DNA of 64,000 nt, taken from contig CAYVZU010000006.1 in assembly GCA_964455935.1 (NCBI GenBank), positions 1,505-65,504 on the forward strand, given 5' to 3'. The position numbers and the translations under genes are program-made. Origin of the DNA: an uncultured Fibrobacterota bacterium. GTDB lineage: Bacteria; Fibrobacterota; CAYVZU01. The notes below the pieces were generated by a model. It was not told where the DNA came from and did not search any database. It was given only the letters and a program-made list of their open reading frames with translations. Positions 25,415 to 35,883 of the stretch are shown here, one piece after another; position 1 is the stretch's first letter, and each line of letters opens with the position of its first letter.

Positions 25415-25451
25415 AAAAGGGGCATCGTCTCCAAATGACGATGCCCCTTTT
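25415..25451 (-). terminator. Rho-independent terminator after the vWA/T9SS gene (bidirectional shape)
   Basis: Perfect 15-bp stem AAAAGGGGCATCGTC / GACGATGCCCCTTTT with a 7-nt loop. A U-run follows on the minus strand. Confidence 0.8.
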
Positions 25452-25455
25452 GATT

Positions 25456-28005
25456 CTACTGAATAGCGATTCTGATCGTCTTGATTTGCGTTTTGCCGCC
25501 GCCGACCGGTTCGGCATAAAACTTAACTACGTAGCCGCCGCGATTCACAATACGGCCGCGGCCGTTTGTGCCATCCCAGGGAACAGTCTCCAAGATCCCG
25601 CTGAGAGCGGCCGTTCCCATTCTGCCCTGCGACAATTTCCGCACCAAATTCCCGGCCAGGTCATAAATTCGCAGAGTCACGATGGCTTCCCCAAACATCT
25701 CAAACGAGAAATTCATGGCCGATCCGCTTGATCCTCCGTTTCTGCGAATGAATTCGTAGTCTCCCGGATTCGGGATCATCTTCGGATCGTTGATGTAGGT
25801 GTTGCCGCGCGGCAGGGATATAATCACCTTGTGGTTATTGGCCGAAACGTGGTTGCCTTTGGTATCGGCAATTCCACTGCGCGCCGAGTCAATGGAAATC
25901 CAGAGTTCGCCGTTGATTGGATTGCAGGTTGTAAACTGGCCATTTCCCGTGCTCACAGTGATGGCGCACCCCGAAAGGACAGCGCTGCTTTGTGTGGCCG
26001 AATCCGGGGTCCAACCGCGAAATACCTGATCTGCGCTGGTGAAAGGCCCTGCCGCAGCAATCGGTTCGCTCCATTCCACCGTAACCCTGTCATCGCTGGG
26101 GTCCTGGGAGGTTGCGTTGTCATTGAGAACCGCCCGCCGGATTACGGGCCCGCATCCATCAAGGACATTCGAAGCGCTGGTATTGGGCGCCAGCCCAGTC
26201 AGGGCCATCCAGGAATTAAACCTTATGGCAGGCAGGAGATCGGTTTCCATTCGGCTGGCGGACCCCGATTCAACAAGGTTCAATTCGAAATTTCTGCTTA
26301 TGGTTCCCATCGGCAAGATTCCGGCAATTCGCCAGGTATAGCCACCCTCGGTGATCGTGAAAGCGGCCCCCAAGCCGGCTGTGTCCGCCCCACTGATCCG
26401 CACATCACTGTCGAAAGCAAGTTCAAGCTTGTCGATGTAGCCGTTTCCATTCGTGTCACGCGTGATCACCGTGAAGGGCCCCGTATCCGTCGTATCAATG
26501 GGGATGTTGCCGCTGTCCGCGTCCGAAAAGCACAGGATCGTGTCCAGGCCTATGTCATAATAGTTCCCGTTTACGTCCTGATAGGCCGGATTTTTAAAAA
26601 TTGCATACAGGGTGTCGGTTTGCCGCACTTCCAGGATTCCGTTATCGCGTATCCCGCTCAGATCGCCCTCGATGGGCAACATACCGCGAAAGATATTGCT
26701 TCCCGGAGCGGTCTCGATTACCGCAATTACTTCCCGTTCCCCGCGCGGCGTTGTGATCACCACCGAGTCCGTATCCGTGCCGGACGTACCCGGTCCGCGC
26801 ACAAGCTGAATATAGACGTGCCGGTATGCGCTATCGTAATGCCCGCCCGTGGGAATGGTCTGTCTCAAGCTGTCCTGCCAGATCACCGAACTGTGAGGCG
26901 AACAAATTGCCGTGAAATACTGATTAAATTCCGTCTGCTCCGCCGCGGTGATGCTCCCGGGCCTCCTCCATATTGTAAAGCTCTTGGATTCCACGGCCGT
27001 GACTCCCGTCTCCGAGCGCCGCTCGTATAGGCACGATATGAGATTGGGACCCACCTCCAGATAAAGCGGCCGGAAGGCATAAGCGGGATGGAGCGGATCG
27101 GAATTGACCAATGAGCCGTAGGACTCCTGTCCATTCGTGAGATTGGCGATGTGGAAATTCCAGACATTGACAACGGGAAGAACGCGCGTGAAAAGGGAAT
27201 CGAGGAAAACCGTAGCCAGGTTGTTAGCGTTGTTGACATCTGTAAAGGTTCCTTCGGTCATGCCTGCCAGGTGCCTAAGTGTGTCCCGGGCGATACTGCT
27301 ACCGGTTCCAGTATGAAAATAAACCGTATGGACGGGCGGCAAAGCACCAATTAATCCCGAGCTCACCAAATTCGTGTAAGCCGTGTCGCGGCATGGTCTT
27401 GTATTTGGCAGGCAAGGCTCCCCATCCGACAGGAAGATGATCGCGCGCGTCGTATCCGTGGCCGGCAGCCGGCTAATGAACCGGCGCGCCGTGTCCAATG
27501 CCGCCCCATAAGGCGTGTAACCCAAATGGTTTCCTGCGGAGTCGACCCATGATTTAAGGATTGGAAGGTTAGGCCCCGCCAATGTGAGCGGCGCAATTCC
27601 GGTAGCCCCGGTTCGATCGGGATTTCCGGCGCCAAAAACAACAATGCCTACTTTACTTTCCGGGCTTTTCTTGGCGATCGAATCCAGGAACATCTTGGCC
27701 ACCGTGATTGCCCGATAGTTGGAGTCCGTTGTGTTCATACTGCCCGAACGGTCGATGCAAATGACAATCTGCGCCGCGCCGCGCCATTGCGTCATCATCT
27801 CGGGGCAGAATGAGACCTCGTTGCCGAACAAGGCCATGTTGTTGTTCACGTAAATCGTGTCGCCCTGCAGGTTCTCGATACAAGTACTCCGAATGGATTG
27901 GATATAGCAAATGGGGTCCAGCGCTTGCTGAGCCAAGGCAAACGAAGCGAACATGAAGATAAGGGATATCAGGATAGTTCTGGGGGATTTCAACGCGTTT
28001 CGCAT
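25456..28005 (-). CDS. Large secreted vWA-domain protein with T9SS-type C-terminal sorting domain
   Basis: Signal peptide; VICIDRSGSM..VGIVVFGAG..IIFLSDGEP (MIDAS-like vWA). C-terminal roughly 80 aa: VTLRIYDLAGNLVRKL..WDGTNGRG..GGYVVKFYA..IRIAIQ. Confidence 0.75.
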   Translation of the reverse strand: MRNALKSPRTILISLIFMFASFALAQQALDPICYIQSIRSTCIENLQGDTIYVNNNMALFGNEVSFCPEMMTQWRGAAQIVICIDRSGSMNTTDSNYRAITVAKMFLDSIAKKSPESKVGIVVFGAGNPDRTGATGIAPLTLAGPNLPILKSWVDSAGNHLGYTPYGAALDTARRFISRLPATDTTRAIIFLSDGEPCLPNTRPCRDTAYTNLVSSGLIGALPPVHTVYFHTGTGSSIARDTLRHLAGMTEGTFTDVNNANNLATVFLDSLFTRVLPVVNVWNFHIANLTNGQESYGSLVNSDPLHPAYAFRPLYLEVGPNLISCLYERRSETGVTAVESKSFTIWRRPGSITAAEQTEFNQYFTAICSPHSSVIWQDSLRQTIPTGGHYDSAYRHVYIQLVRGPGTSGTDTDSVVITTPRGEREVIAVIETAPGSNIFRGMLPIEGDLSGIRDNGILEVRQTDTLYAIFKNPAYQDVNGNYYDIGLDTILCFSDADSGNIPIDTTDTGPFTVITRDTNGNGYIDKLELAFDSDVRISGADTAGLGAAFTITEGGYTWRIAGILPMGTISRNFELNLVESGSASRMETDLLPAIRFNSWMALTGLAPNTSASNVLDGCGPVIRRAVLNDNATSQDPSDDRVTVEWSEPIAAAGPFTSADQVFRGWTPDSATQSSAVLSGCAITVSTGNGQFTTCNPINGELWISIDSARSGIADTKGNHVSANNHKVIISLPRGNTYINDPKMIPNPGDYEFIRRNGGSSGSAMNFSFEMFGEAIVTLRIYDLAGNLVRKLSQGRMGTAALSGILETVPWDGTNGRGRIVNRGGYVVKFYAEPVGGGKTQIKTIRIAIQ

Positions 28006-28196
28006 TCGTTTCCTCGCCTTCGCTGGGGAGATCGACCTCTGTTTCCACTAATATATAATCTAAAGACTTTCGAGATCGAAGGATTTGTCCCGTATTTCCC
28101 GGTCGCGGGTATTTTTGTTCGGTCCCCCGGTAAAAACATATTTTATTTTTTCGTAGCCGCCAACAAGCATACACATAAGACGCAGCGGAGGTTTTT

Positions 28197-28940
28197 ATGC
28201 GGATTTCCCTGGTCTCGTTCGGCCTTGCATTGACTCTCCTGGGTTGCTCCTCCGACTCCCCCACGCCGCCCACTCTTGATCTTCCGTTCGCGTTTCCTTC
28301 GGGTAAGCTGTACATTCCCACGTTTCGCCAGGATGGGACATCGGGCGCCAACCGCGACTCGGCCGTGGCCTCCATGGCCTACTGGAATTCCATTGCCGAT
28401 TCCCTGGCCCCGGCCATGGGCCTGGTTGTTGGAGCGGAATCCGCAACCCCGCAGTTGCTGGCCGCCGATTCCAGCATCGTTCTCTTGCCCTCCCTTTCAT
28501 ACCAGACCTACACCGGGAGTTTGAAGGCAACGCTGATTTCGGACTCCGTAACCTGGGAACTGAGCGCCAGCGGGCCCGGAATCACGGACTATATCTGGAT
28601 AACAGGCAAATCGGCGGAGGATGGCTTGGGCGGGTATTGGAATATTAAGAACAAATCCAACGCCAATTGGATACGAGTCACATTCTATTCGGTGGCCGAC
28701 AGCATCCGGGCCGAAAACATTTCCAGTGACGCCAAGGCGGGCTCATACGCACACCACTCTCTCCACGGAGACACTAACTCGATTACTGTATTCGAGAAAC
28801 GGACATCCGGCAACCTGATGCGCACGCTGACTTGGTCGCGTGCGACGGGGGCCGGCCAGATGTTGCAATTCGGCTCGCAAAACCGTTGGTGTTGGCTGCC
28901 AAAATCGGCCGGATATGCCGACAACCCAACCTGTCAATAG
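28197..28940 (+). CDS. Lipoprotein (hypothetical)
   Basis: Lipobox ALTLLGCSS and SD GGAGG. No recognisable domain. Confidence 0.55.
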   Translation: MRISLVSFGLALTLLGCSSDSPTPPTLDLPFAFPSGKLYIPTFRQDGTSGANRDSAVASMAYWNSIADSLAPAMGLVVGAESATPQLLAADSSIVLLPSLSYQTYTGSLKATLISDSVTWELSASGPGITDYIWITGKSAEDGLGGYWNIKNKSNANWIRVTFYSVADSIRAENISSDAKAGSYAHHSLHGDTNSITVFEKRTSGNLMRTLTWSRATGAGQMLQFGSQNRWCWLPKSAGYADNPTCQ

Positions 28941-28953
28941 GAATTGTTTGCGC

Positions 28954-30615
28954 ATGAAGCACTCTCCTGCCATATTGGTTCTGTTTGTGATGGGGCTTTT
29001 TGCCGGCCCTCCGCAGGCCGCGACGAAGCTCGGCTCAATTGCCGGGCTCAACTCGGCCCTGGTGATGGATCCTTCGGCCCGAGCGCTTTCTTCGGCCGAT
29101 CTCGCAGCCGTGGCCAGGGAAATCCGCAACGCATTTGCCGGCCAGCTCTATAACGAATACACAATTCCGGCCAAACTGGCGGAACATTTCGCACAGAGCG
29201 CCGAGGCCATGCCCCGCCTCATGGTCGAGGACGTCGAGAAACTCTCGGCCCAGGAATTGGTCCCCTCGGTAATCGGGCTGCTGGAAGCCGCGGGCCGGGA
29301 GCGGAAACAGGAGTTGCTGCGCAAAGTTCGCCGAAGGTTGTTTGTTATGGAAAAGGCCAGGGAACTCAATATCTCGGCCGGTCACCTCGAAGGCCTGCTG
29401 GAATGCAAGCTGGTGCTTGTTCCTTTCATCGGCGACTTTGCGTCGTTTCAAACAGGTAAAGGCCAATCGAACTGCACCTGGAGTGCACAGGGCGATGTGG
29501 GCGTGCTTCTTTACGAAATTACGGGCAACGAAACCGGACAGTATTCCTTCTCGTTGCGTGCCAAGACAAGAGCCAAGGGAATTGGGATGGCAAACTGCTC
29601 CGAGAAAGATCCGGTCAACCCGCGCATGCCAGGTGATCGCATGGCATTTCGGCGAATGGTGGCCAACGGCGTGGTGAACCTGATTGAGGCCTCAAAGCAA
29701 AGCTCAAATGCCTACGTGCTCACACCCATTCAGAAGTCCTCGGGCCGGGATATCTGGTTTGAAGGCGGCCGCGATAACGGAATCCGTGTTGATGACAAAC
29801 GCCTGCTGGTGCTGCAAGAGCCCGACATGGGGGGTGGAGTCAAGAGGAAGGTTAAAGGCTGGATGGTCGTGATCAAACCGGGAAAAGGCGGGCTCGGCTC
29901 CCAGACGCAAGCCAGCCTCGTGGCCGGCAAAACCAGGAAGGATTATTTGCTCGAAACTTATCCGCGCTGGCCAATTGAACTGGCTGTTGGAGCAAGGACT
30001 TTTTCGATTGGCGAGGGCAGCGCCCGCGCGGGCGCCGACAGTCTGACGCTCGAGACTAGCGCGCTGGGTGGACGCGTCGCGTTGCTGTTCAATCTTGGGC
30101 GTTTCGCAGGACTTCGCCAAATCCTGCTGGGTGCGGCATATTCGGCCGGTATCGGAGATGCGGCCGGCACACAACCCTATTACAGCGCCGCTCCGGGCCT
30201 GTCGACTATCTATTTCATTCACGAACTGGAGATCCCGATTGTGAAACGGTTTTCGCTGGGCCGTCTTATGGCCGAGGTCTCCGCGGCATACTGTTTTTCG
30301 CAAATCAGGGTATCGATCGAAGGAAGCGATGTAGTCAAAACCAACTCCTCGGGCGGCTTCGTTGTCGCGGGCGGACCCGCTCTTGCCTTGACTCCCTCGC
30401 TGACGCTGCAAACACGATTCAGCTACAGAATGGGAGGGGAAACGAGCGATTGGACGTATCGGGAAGGCGGCGCCGAATTCAACCCACCCATCTCCCTCAG
30501 CGACTCCAGAAGACCTTTATCCGTCCCGGTCAGCTATCAAGGCTCTTCGCTCCAGGCCGAGATCGTCTGGTCCTTGCCCGCCTTTGGAAACAGTGGACAA
30601 GAATCGAACCCGTAA
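28954..30615 (+). CDS. Secreted/outer-membrane protein (hypothetical), beta-rich C-terminal half
   Basis: Signal peptide MKHSPAILVLFVMGLFAGPPQA at ATG 28954. The track start 28840 overlaps the previous gene. Confidence 0.55.
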   Translation: MKHSPAILVLFVMGLFAGPPQAATKLGSIAGLNSALVMDPSARALSSADLAAVAREIRNAFAGQLYNEYTIPAKLAEHFAQSAEAMPRLMVEDVEKLSAQELVPSVIGLLEAAGRERKQELLRKVRRRLFVMEKARELNISAGHLEGLLECKLVLVPFIGDFASFQTGKGQSNCTWSAQGDVGVLLYEITGNETGQYSFSLRAKTRAKGIGMANCSEKDPVNPRMPGDRMAFRRMVANGVVNLIEASKQSSNAYVLTPIQKSSGRDIWFEGGRDNGIRVDDKRLLVLQEPDMGGGVKRKVKGWMVVIKPGKGGLGSQTQASLVAGKTRKDYLLETYPRWPIELAVGARTFSIGEGSARAGADSLTLETSALGGRVALLFNLGRFAGLRQILLGAAYSAGIGDAAGTQPYYSAAPGLSTIYFIHELEIPIVKRFSLGRLMAEVSAAYCFSQIRVSIEGSDVVKTNSSGGFVVAGGPALALTPSLTLQTRFSYRMGGETSDWTYREGGAEFNPPISLSDSRRPLSVPVSYQGSSLQAEIVWSLPAFGNSGQESNP

Positions 30616-30640
30616 TGATGTTTGACGCAGAGGTAATCAT

Positions 30641-30976
30641 ATGAATTTTGTGGAGAAGGATGGCTACACCCTGATTGAGATGCCCACCTATTTGTCGGCC
30701 GAGGTGATCGAAGAGACCGAGCGCAACTTCTCGTCCGTCATTCAAAAAGAAGGCAGTCAATTCGTGCTGGACATGGAAAAAGTCCAGCATCTCTTCAGTT
30801 CCGGGGTCCGCCTGATCACCTCGCTTAACAAAGTTGTCACGGAAAAAAAGGGCAAGCTCGCTCTTGTCAATGTAACGGAAGATGTGGAGAAGGCGCTTCG
30901 TTCAATTAATCTCGACAAGATTATTTCCATTTATAATTCGATCATCGATTTCGAGATCGAACGCGAGACCGCATAG
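30641..30976 (+). CDS. STAS-domain protein (anti-sigma-factor antagonist-like)
   Basis: 111 aa with the SpoIIAA-like pattern FVLDMEKVQHLFSSGVRLI..KLALVNVTEDVEKAL. Confidence 0.7.
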   Translation: MNFVEKDGYTLIEMPTYLSAEVIEETERNFSSVIQKEGSQFVLDMEKVQHLFSSGVRLITSLNKVVTEKKGKLALVNVTEDVEKALRSINLDKIISIYNSIIDFEIERETA

Positions 30977-31067
30977 CCCATCCTTGCACGACACCGGCAA
31001 ATCAGCTCATTCGCTCGCTCTTGGCCATGAAGCGCCGAACCATTCACCATCGAATTGGAGACCGCAG

Positions 31068-31397
31068 ATGAAAACCGTTGCATTGCTTCTGGTATCGAAT
31101 ATATTCATGACGGTTGCCTGGTACGGGCATCTTAAATTCAAGCACTTCCCGCTTGTTCGGGTCATTTTCATCAGTTGGCTAATCGCGTTTGCCGAATACT
31201 GTTTCCAGGTCCCGGCCAACCGGATAGGCCACCTTCAATTCTCTGCCGCCCAGCTCAAGACCATTCAGGAAGTGGTCAGCCTTGTTGTCTTCAGCATCTT
31301 TTCGATCCTTTACCTGAAGGAAGAGTTCCGCTGGAATTACCTGGCGGGATTTATCCTGATCATCGCCGCCGTGTTCCTGATATTCAAGAAATGGTGA
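31068..31397 (+). CDS. DMT-superfamily small membrane protein (DUF486-like)
   Basis: LLLVSNIFMTVAWYGHLKF..SWLIAFAEYCFQVPANRIG..AQLKTIQEVVSLVVF. SD is GGAG. Confidence 0.8.
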   Translation: MKTVALLLVSNIFMTVAWYGHLKFKHFPLVRVIFISWLIAFAEYCFQVPANRIGHLQFSAAQLKTIQEVVSLVVFSIFSILYLKEEFRWNYLAGFILIIAAVFLIFKKW

Positions 31398-31456
31398 ACC
31401 TGGGCAAGGCCCCTCCCTCCTCCGCGCTTTGCGCTACTGCGGACAGGTAACGATAG

Positions 31457-31879
31457 GACAGCCCGAAGACGAAAATTGCCGCGCCCGGATCGGAGCTTCT
31501 GGACCAATTGGGACTGAAAACATCCGTGAAGTTCTTTCGGGGCCAGGGCTGCATCGCATGCAATGGCACCGGATACCTGGGCCGGACCGGCCTGTTCGAA
31601 ATGCTGGACGTTTCAAGAGAAGTCCGCAAGCTGATTCTGCGAAACGCGTCAGCTATGGAAATCCAGGACAAGGCGATTCAAGAGGGAATGAAGACCGTTC
31701 GCCACGCGGGGAACGAAAAGGTCCTGGCCGGCGAGACCACCATCGAGCAGGTCATCGCGGTTTCAACCGAACAGCATATGCCGATGAACTTGGAGCCACG
31801 TTCGGCGCTCCACGTTCGCACGATCTACAAACAGGCATTCCCTTTTTTCCCGGCTACCCACCTACTCCCTATCCCATGA
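31457..31879 (+). pseudogene. 3'-terminal remnant of a GspE/PilB-type secretion ATPase
   Basis: The frame is open only from the stop at 31454. It encodes SELLDQLGL..FFRGQGCIACNGTGYLGRTGLFEMLDVS..IRKLI..EIQDKAIQEGMKT..GETTIEQV, the last roughly 80 aa of GspE/PilB (second CxxC knuckle only), with no Walker or upstream part. It runs into the convergent gene. Confidence 0.6.
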
Positions 31880-32606
31880 CCCTTCTTTTCCCCACCCCGC
31901 GCCTTGCCGCGTCCAGGAATGCTCCAAAAACTTTTCGATTGTGTTCCGGATCATCGATTCGTTCCGGGTGCCATTGAACGCCAAGCACGAACCGGTTGGA
32001 GGCAGACTCAAGCGCCTCCAGGGTCCCGTCCGGCGCATATGCCGCGGCAACAAGACCGCCGCCCAGCGCGTTGTGATTGACAGCCTGATGGTGTGACGAA
32101 TTGACTACAATTTCTCCAGTGCCAAAGAGCCCGCTTAGGATCTTTCCACCGCCAATTTCAATTGTGTGCTGTTTGTCTGCGTGGAGTTTCTTGTCTGCTT
32201 CGTGGTCTTTGGCAGTGGGAAGGTGCGCAACCAGCTTGCCGCCGCACAAAATGCTGATCAATTGGTGTCCCCCGCAGATTCCCAGCACAGGGAGTTCGCT
32301 TTTTATTACGAGACGCCCAAGCGCCAGGTCCGAGGCGGATTCCAACGGGCTCAACGGTTCGATTCGGTCGTGCGCAGGCTCTCCGTAGAAATCGGGCGGG
32401 TAATCTCTGCCGCCAATGAACAGGAAAGCGTCCGCCATTTGCACATAGTCACCCAAAAGATCTTCATCCTGTGTCGGCGGCACAAGCAGCGGCCGCCCGC
32501 CAGCCGCAATGACGGATTCCAGGTACCGGGCCGGAATGCATACATCAGACCTGCCCCTGGCCGAGCTAATTCGCATGTTCATGCCGATTACCGGTCGTCT
32601 GTCCAT
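31869..32606 (-). CDS. Class-I glutamine amidotransferase-like, gamma-glutamyl-GABA hydrolase (peptidase C26) family
   Basis: LFIGGRDYPP, LPVLGICGGHQLI, SSHHQAV and GVQWHPE. Confidence 0.85.
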   Translation of the reverse strand: MDRRPVIGMNMRISSARGRSDVCIPARYLESVIAAGGRPLLVPPTQDEDLLGDYVQMADAFLFIGGRDYPPDFYGEPAHDRIEPLSPLESASDLALGRLVIKSELPVLGICGGHQLISILCGGKLVAHLPTAKDHEADKKLHADKQHTIEIGGGKILSGLFGTGEIVVNSSHHQAVNHNALGGGLVAAAYAPDGTLEALESASNRFVLGVQWHPERIDDPEHNRKVFGAFLDAARRGVGKRRVMG

Positions 32607-32772
32607 GATCTCCCCGTCCCCGTGTTATGAAACGCAATGGATAAAGAATAAGCCTCCGTCCGTCAATTTTCAAGACCCAAGTCATCTGCACCGGCCACCG
32701 GGGTTTTTTCTCTGACATTTCTCCCTCCCCTTATTTATTTTCCTGTTCCATCTAAGAATCACGGAGGCCCCC

Positions 32773-35700
32773 ATGAATTCCGGCAATGGACAGCAGGACA
32801 GTTCCACATCGCGAAACATGTTTATTCAGTTGATGCCCAGGCGCATTCAGCATACCGTACACCATCTCGGATCCATGCTGTGGAACGGACGCCGAAATGT
32901 GGACGTGTTCGGCGGCCCCGTGACAGCGGATTTTTGCACGCAGGCGCAGGCCAGCAAACTCCCTATGAGAAAGGTCCGGCCGGACGAGTATTTCTTCACC
33001 CGGGAAAAAGCCAATAAGAACACCTGGCAGCAAAAGTGGTTTCGCGTTGAAATTCCTGCTCCCGAAGCGGGTGAGACGGGCCGCCGCGCCCTGCACTGGG
33101 ACTGCCGGGGCGAGAGTGTTGTTTATTTGGACGGAAAACCGTGGGCATCACTGGACGTGGCCCATCCATTTTGCTTCATCCCCGAAAAGCGCTGCACACT
33201 ATGGATTGATTGCGGGACATATCAAACCGGCCTTTTTTACTCGGGCAGCAAAAGTCCCGATCAGTTCGGGCTCCGCTTCGAGGGCGCCTGGATCTCCCGC
33301 ATCAACGAGAAAGCCTGGGAGGTGTATTGGGATTTCGAAGTTATGCTTCAGCTCATGGCCAAGCTGCTAGAGCAGCATAACCTGCGCATAAGCTATGGTT
33401 TTGCCTATCACCAGAAAATCGAGTCAACGCCTCCCCTGTTGCGCAAACTAATCAACCGTTTGCACCAGGCCTGCGACGCCTATGAAGCAAGCGGACTGGA
33501 TGCGCTTAGGCCGGCGCTCAAACGTGCCTACGCCGAATTCCCCTCGGAGAATTGGCAGGTGAATGCCACTCTCGCGGGCCATGCACATATCGACTATGTC
33601 TGGCTCTGGCCCGAGCGCGTGACCAAGCGCAAGACCGTCCACACCTTCGCAACCATGGCGCACTTGATGGAATACTACCCGGAATTCCGGTTCACTTCTT
33701 CCTCGCCGGCTCTTTACAAGGCTGTTGCCGAATCCGAACCCGACCTCGCCCGCAAAATTAAAAAATTGATTCGACAGAAGCGATGGGAAGCCACCGGAGC
33801 AACCTGGGTGGAACTCGACACGCATATGCCATGCGGTGAGGCCCTAGCACGCTCGTTTTCCCATGGCCAGCACTATTTCGCCGATCTGAGGGGCAAACCC
33901 AGCAAACTGTTGTGGCTGCCGGATGTCTTTGGCTACACGGCAAGCCTGCCTCAGCTCATGCGATTGGGGGGTGTGGAATATTTCTCGACAACGAAGCTCA
34001 CTTGGTCGCATGTGAACCGCTTCCCATTTACCAGCTTCATCTGGCGCGGCAATGACGGCAGCGAGGTCCTGGCCCACGTGGTACCCGGCAGCTACAACGG
34101 CGAGAATCCAATGGACGACCTCACCCATTTGTCGAAGGCGCACGTGCAGTCGGGTATCCACCCCGAGGTACTGAGTCCCGTTGGAATCGGAGACGGCGGC
34201 GGCGGCACGACGATCAAAGCCCTGGAGCTTTCACGGCGCGTCCGAAACCTGTCGCAAATCCCAACCGCCAAGTGGGGATTCATGGAGGACTTCTGCGTTC
34301 GAATGGATAAGGTCCGCCAATCCCTGCCGGTGTACGATGGCGAACTCTATCTGGAAATTCATCGCGGCACTTACACCACGCAGAGCCAATATAAGCTTGC
34401 CTACCGGAATGTGGAGAAAGCCTTGCAGGCCTATGAAGCGGTTAGGGTAGCATTGGCAAAGGGCCCCATCGACAAAGCGCCCTGGAACCGCCTGGAGTGC
34501 GCGCAGTTTCACGATGCCATTCCCGGCAGTTCCATCGGCCTGGTCTACCAGGAGCTGGGCGGTGAGTTGCGGAAACTAGCGCCCGATCTTCTGAGCAAGG
34601 CCAAGGCCGAGTTGGAGGATTCCAAGACGGACCGGACATTCGTATTCAATCCCTTTGCGGTTTCGCGCAAGGCGGTCGTTTCCGTCCCGGCTTCCTCAAT
34701 CTCCAAGCAACGGCCGGTTCTTGGGCAACGCATTGGACATGGCGAACTGCTGGTACATGCCGAGTTGAAGGGTTTGCAGGGATTGGCCGTGGACTCCTGC
34801 GCCACCGCGGCGGTCAAGCCGGACTGGTCAGTATCGCCGCGAACACTTTTCAATGGGATCGTACGGGCCGATTTCGACCGTCAAGGCCGGCTGAAGCGAC
34901 TGACCGTTGATGAACAGCCTATACGAATGAAAGCGCCCTGCGGGTTCATGCTCTACCACGACCGCCCCGCCGATTGCGATGCATGGGATATTGATCAATA
35001 TTCGACATACCTGGGTTCTCCCACAGCCCAGCATATGAATCTGGCCGTAATCGAGAAAGGGCCGGTGCGGGCAATTCTCCGCGGACAGTCGAAACTAAGC
35101 GACAAGAGTTCATTGGTTCTGGACTATATCCTGGAATATGGAAGTCCGTGGTTGAAGGTGGAGGCAAAAATTGATTGGCATGAAGATCATAAGCTGCTTA
35201 AATTCCACTTCCCCACCGATTACCGGGGCAAAGAAACGCGATATGGTTGTCCGTTCGGGAGCGTTCTGCGGCCGCAGTTGCCCGGCTCACCCGAAGCCGA
35301 GGCCATGTGGGAAGTCCCGGCTGCGCGCTGGGCCGCGTTGAGCGACGAAGATGGAGCACCCGGCCTGGCCGTCATCACCGAAGCCAAATACGGCTTCTCC
35401 TGCCGGGCTGGAAACCTGGGCTTGTCGCTGTTGAAAGCGCCAAAGAGCCCGGACCCAGAGGCCGACATTGGAAACCATGTCATTCGATTCGCGGTGGGCC
35501 TGCACCAGATGCGGTCGGCCGGGGACCGCCTCAACACGGCGGCAGTTGCGGAAACGTTGTATACGCCTCTTCTGGTCCTGAATCGAAAGCAGCCGATCGA
35601 ACCCATGGTGGAATTCGGGGATATGGGATCTCTTGTGCCTAGCTGGGTGTTGCCGTCCGAAACCGGCCGCGGTTTTATCCTGCGCATGCACGAAACCATG

Positions 35701-35865
35701 GGTGGCCATGGGAAAACCGTGATCACCCTTGCCAAGGCCTTCAAATCGGCGGAGCTTGTCGATTTCCTTGAAAGGCCGATTGGAAAGCCGAAAGTGCTGG
35801 GTTCGCGCCGGATCCGGATTGATTACGAACCGCATAAGGTGATCAGCTTGCGAATCAGGCCGTAG
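32773..35865 (+). CDS. GH38 alpha-mannosidase
   Basis: LAGHAHIDYVWLWP, LWLPDVFGY, GIGDGGGG and FHDAIPGSSI. SD GGAGG before ATG 32773. Confidence 0.85.
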   Translation: MNSGNGQQDSSTSRNMFIQLMPRRIQHTVHHLGSMLWNGRRNVDVFGGPVTADFCTQAQASKLPMRKVRPDEYFFTREKANKNTWQQKWFRVEIPAPEAGETGRRALHWDCRGESVVYLDGKPWASLDVAHPFCFIPEKRCTLWIDCGTYQTGLFYSGSKSPDQFGLRFEGAWISRINEKAWEVYWDFEVMLQLMAKLLEQHNLRISYGFAYHQKIESTPPLLRKLINRLHQACDAYEASGLDALRPALKRAYAEFPSENWQVNATLAGHAHIDYVWLWPERVTKRKTVHTFATMAHLMEYYPEFRFTSSSPALYKAVAESEPDLARKIKKLIRQKRWEATGATWVELDTHMPCGEALARSFSHGQHYFADLRGKPSKLLWLPDVFGYTASLPQLMRLGGVEYFSTTKLTWSHVNRFPFTSFIWRGNDGSEVLAHVVPGSYNGENPMDDLTHLSKAHVQSGIHPEVLSPVGIGDGGGGTTIKALELSRRVRNLSQIPTAKWGFMEDFCVRMDKVRQSLPVYDGELYLEIHRGTYTTQSQYKLAYRNVEKALQAYEAVRVALAKGPIDKAPWNRLECAQFHDAIPGSSIGLVYQELGGELRKLAPDLLSKAKAELEDSKTDRTFVFNPFAVSRKAVVSVPASSISKQRPVLGQRIGHGELLVHAELKGLQGLAVDSCATAAVKPDWSVSPRTLFNGIVRADFDRQGRLKRLTVDEQPIRMKAPCGFMLYHDRPADCDAWDIDQYSTYLGSPTAQHMNLAVIEKGPVRAILRGQSKLSDKSSLVLDYILEYGSPWLKVEAKIDWHEDHKLLKFHFPTDYRGKETRYGCPFGSVLRPQLPGSPEAEAMWEVPAARWAALSDEDGAPGLAVITEAKYGFSCRAGNLGLSLLKAPKSPDPEADIGNHVIRFAVGLHQMRSAGDRLNTAAVAETLYTPLLVLNRKQPIEPMVEFGDMGSLVPSWVLPSETGRGFILRMHETMGGHGKTVITLAKAFKSAELVDFLERPIGKPKVLGSRRIRIDYEPHKVISLRIRP

Positions 35866-35883
35866 GCCTAAAAGCGGGGATTC

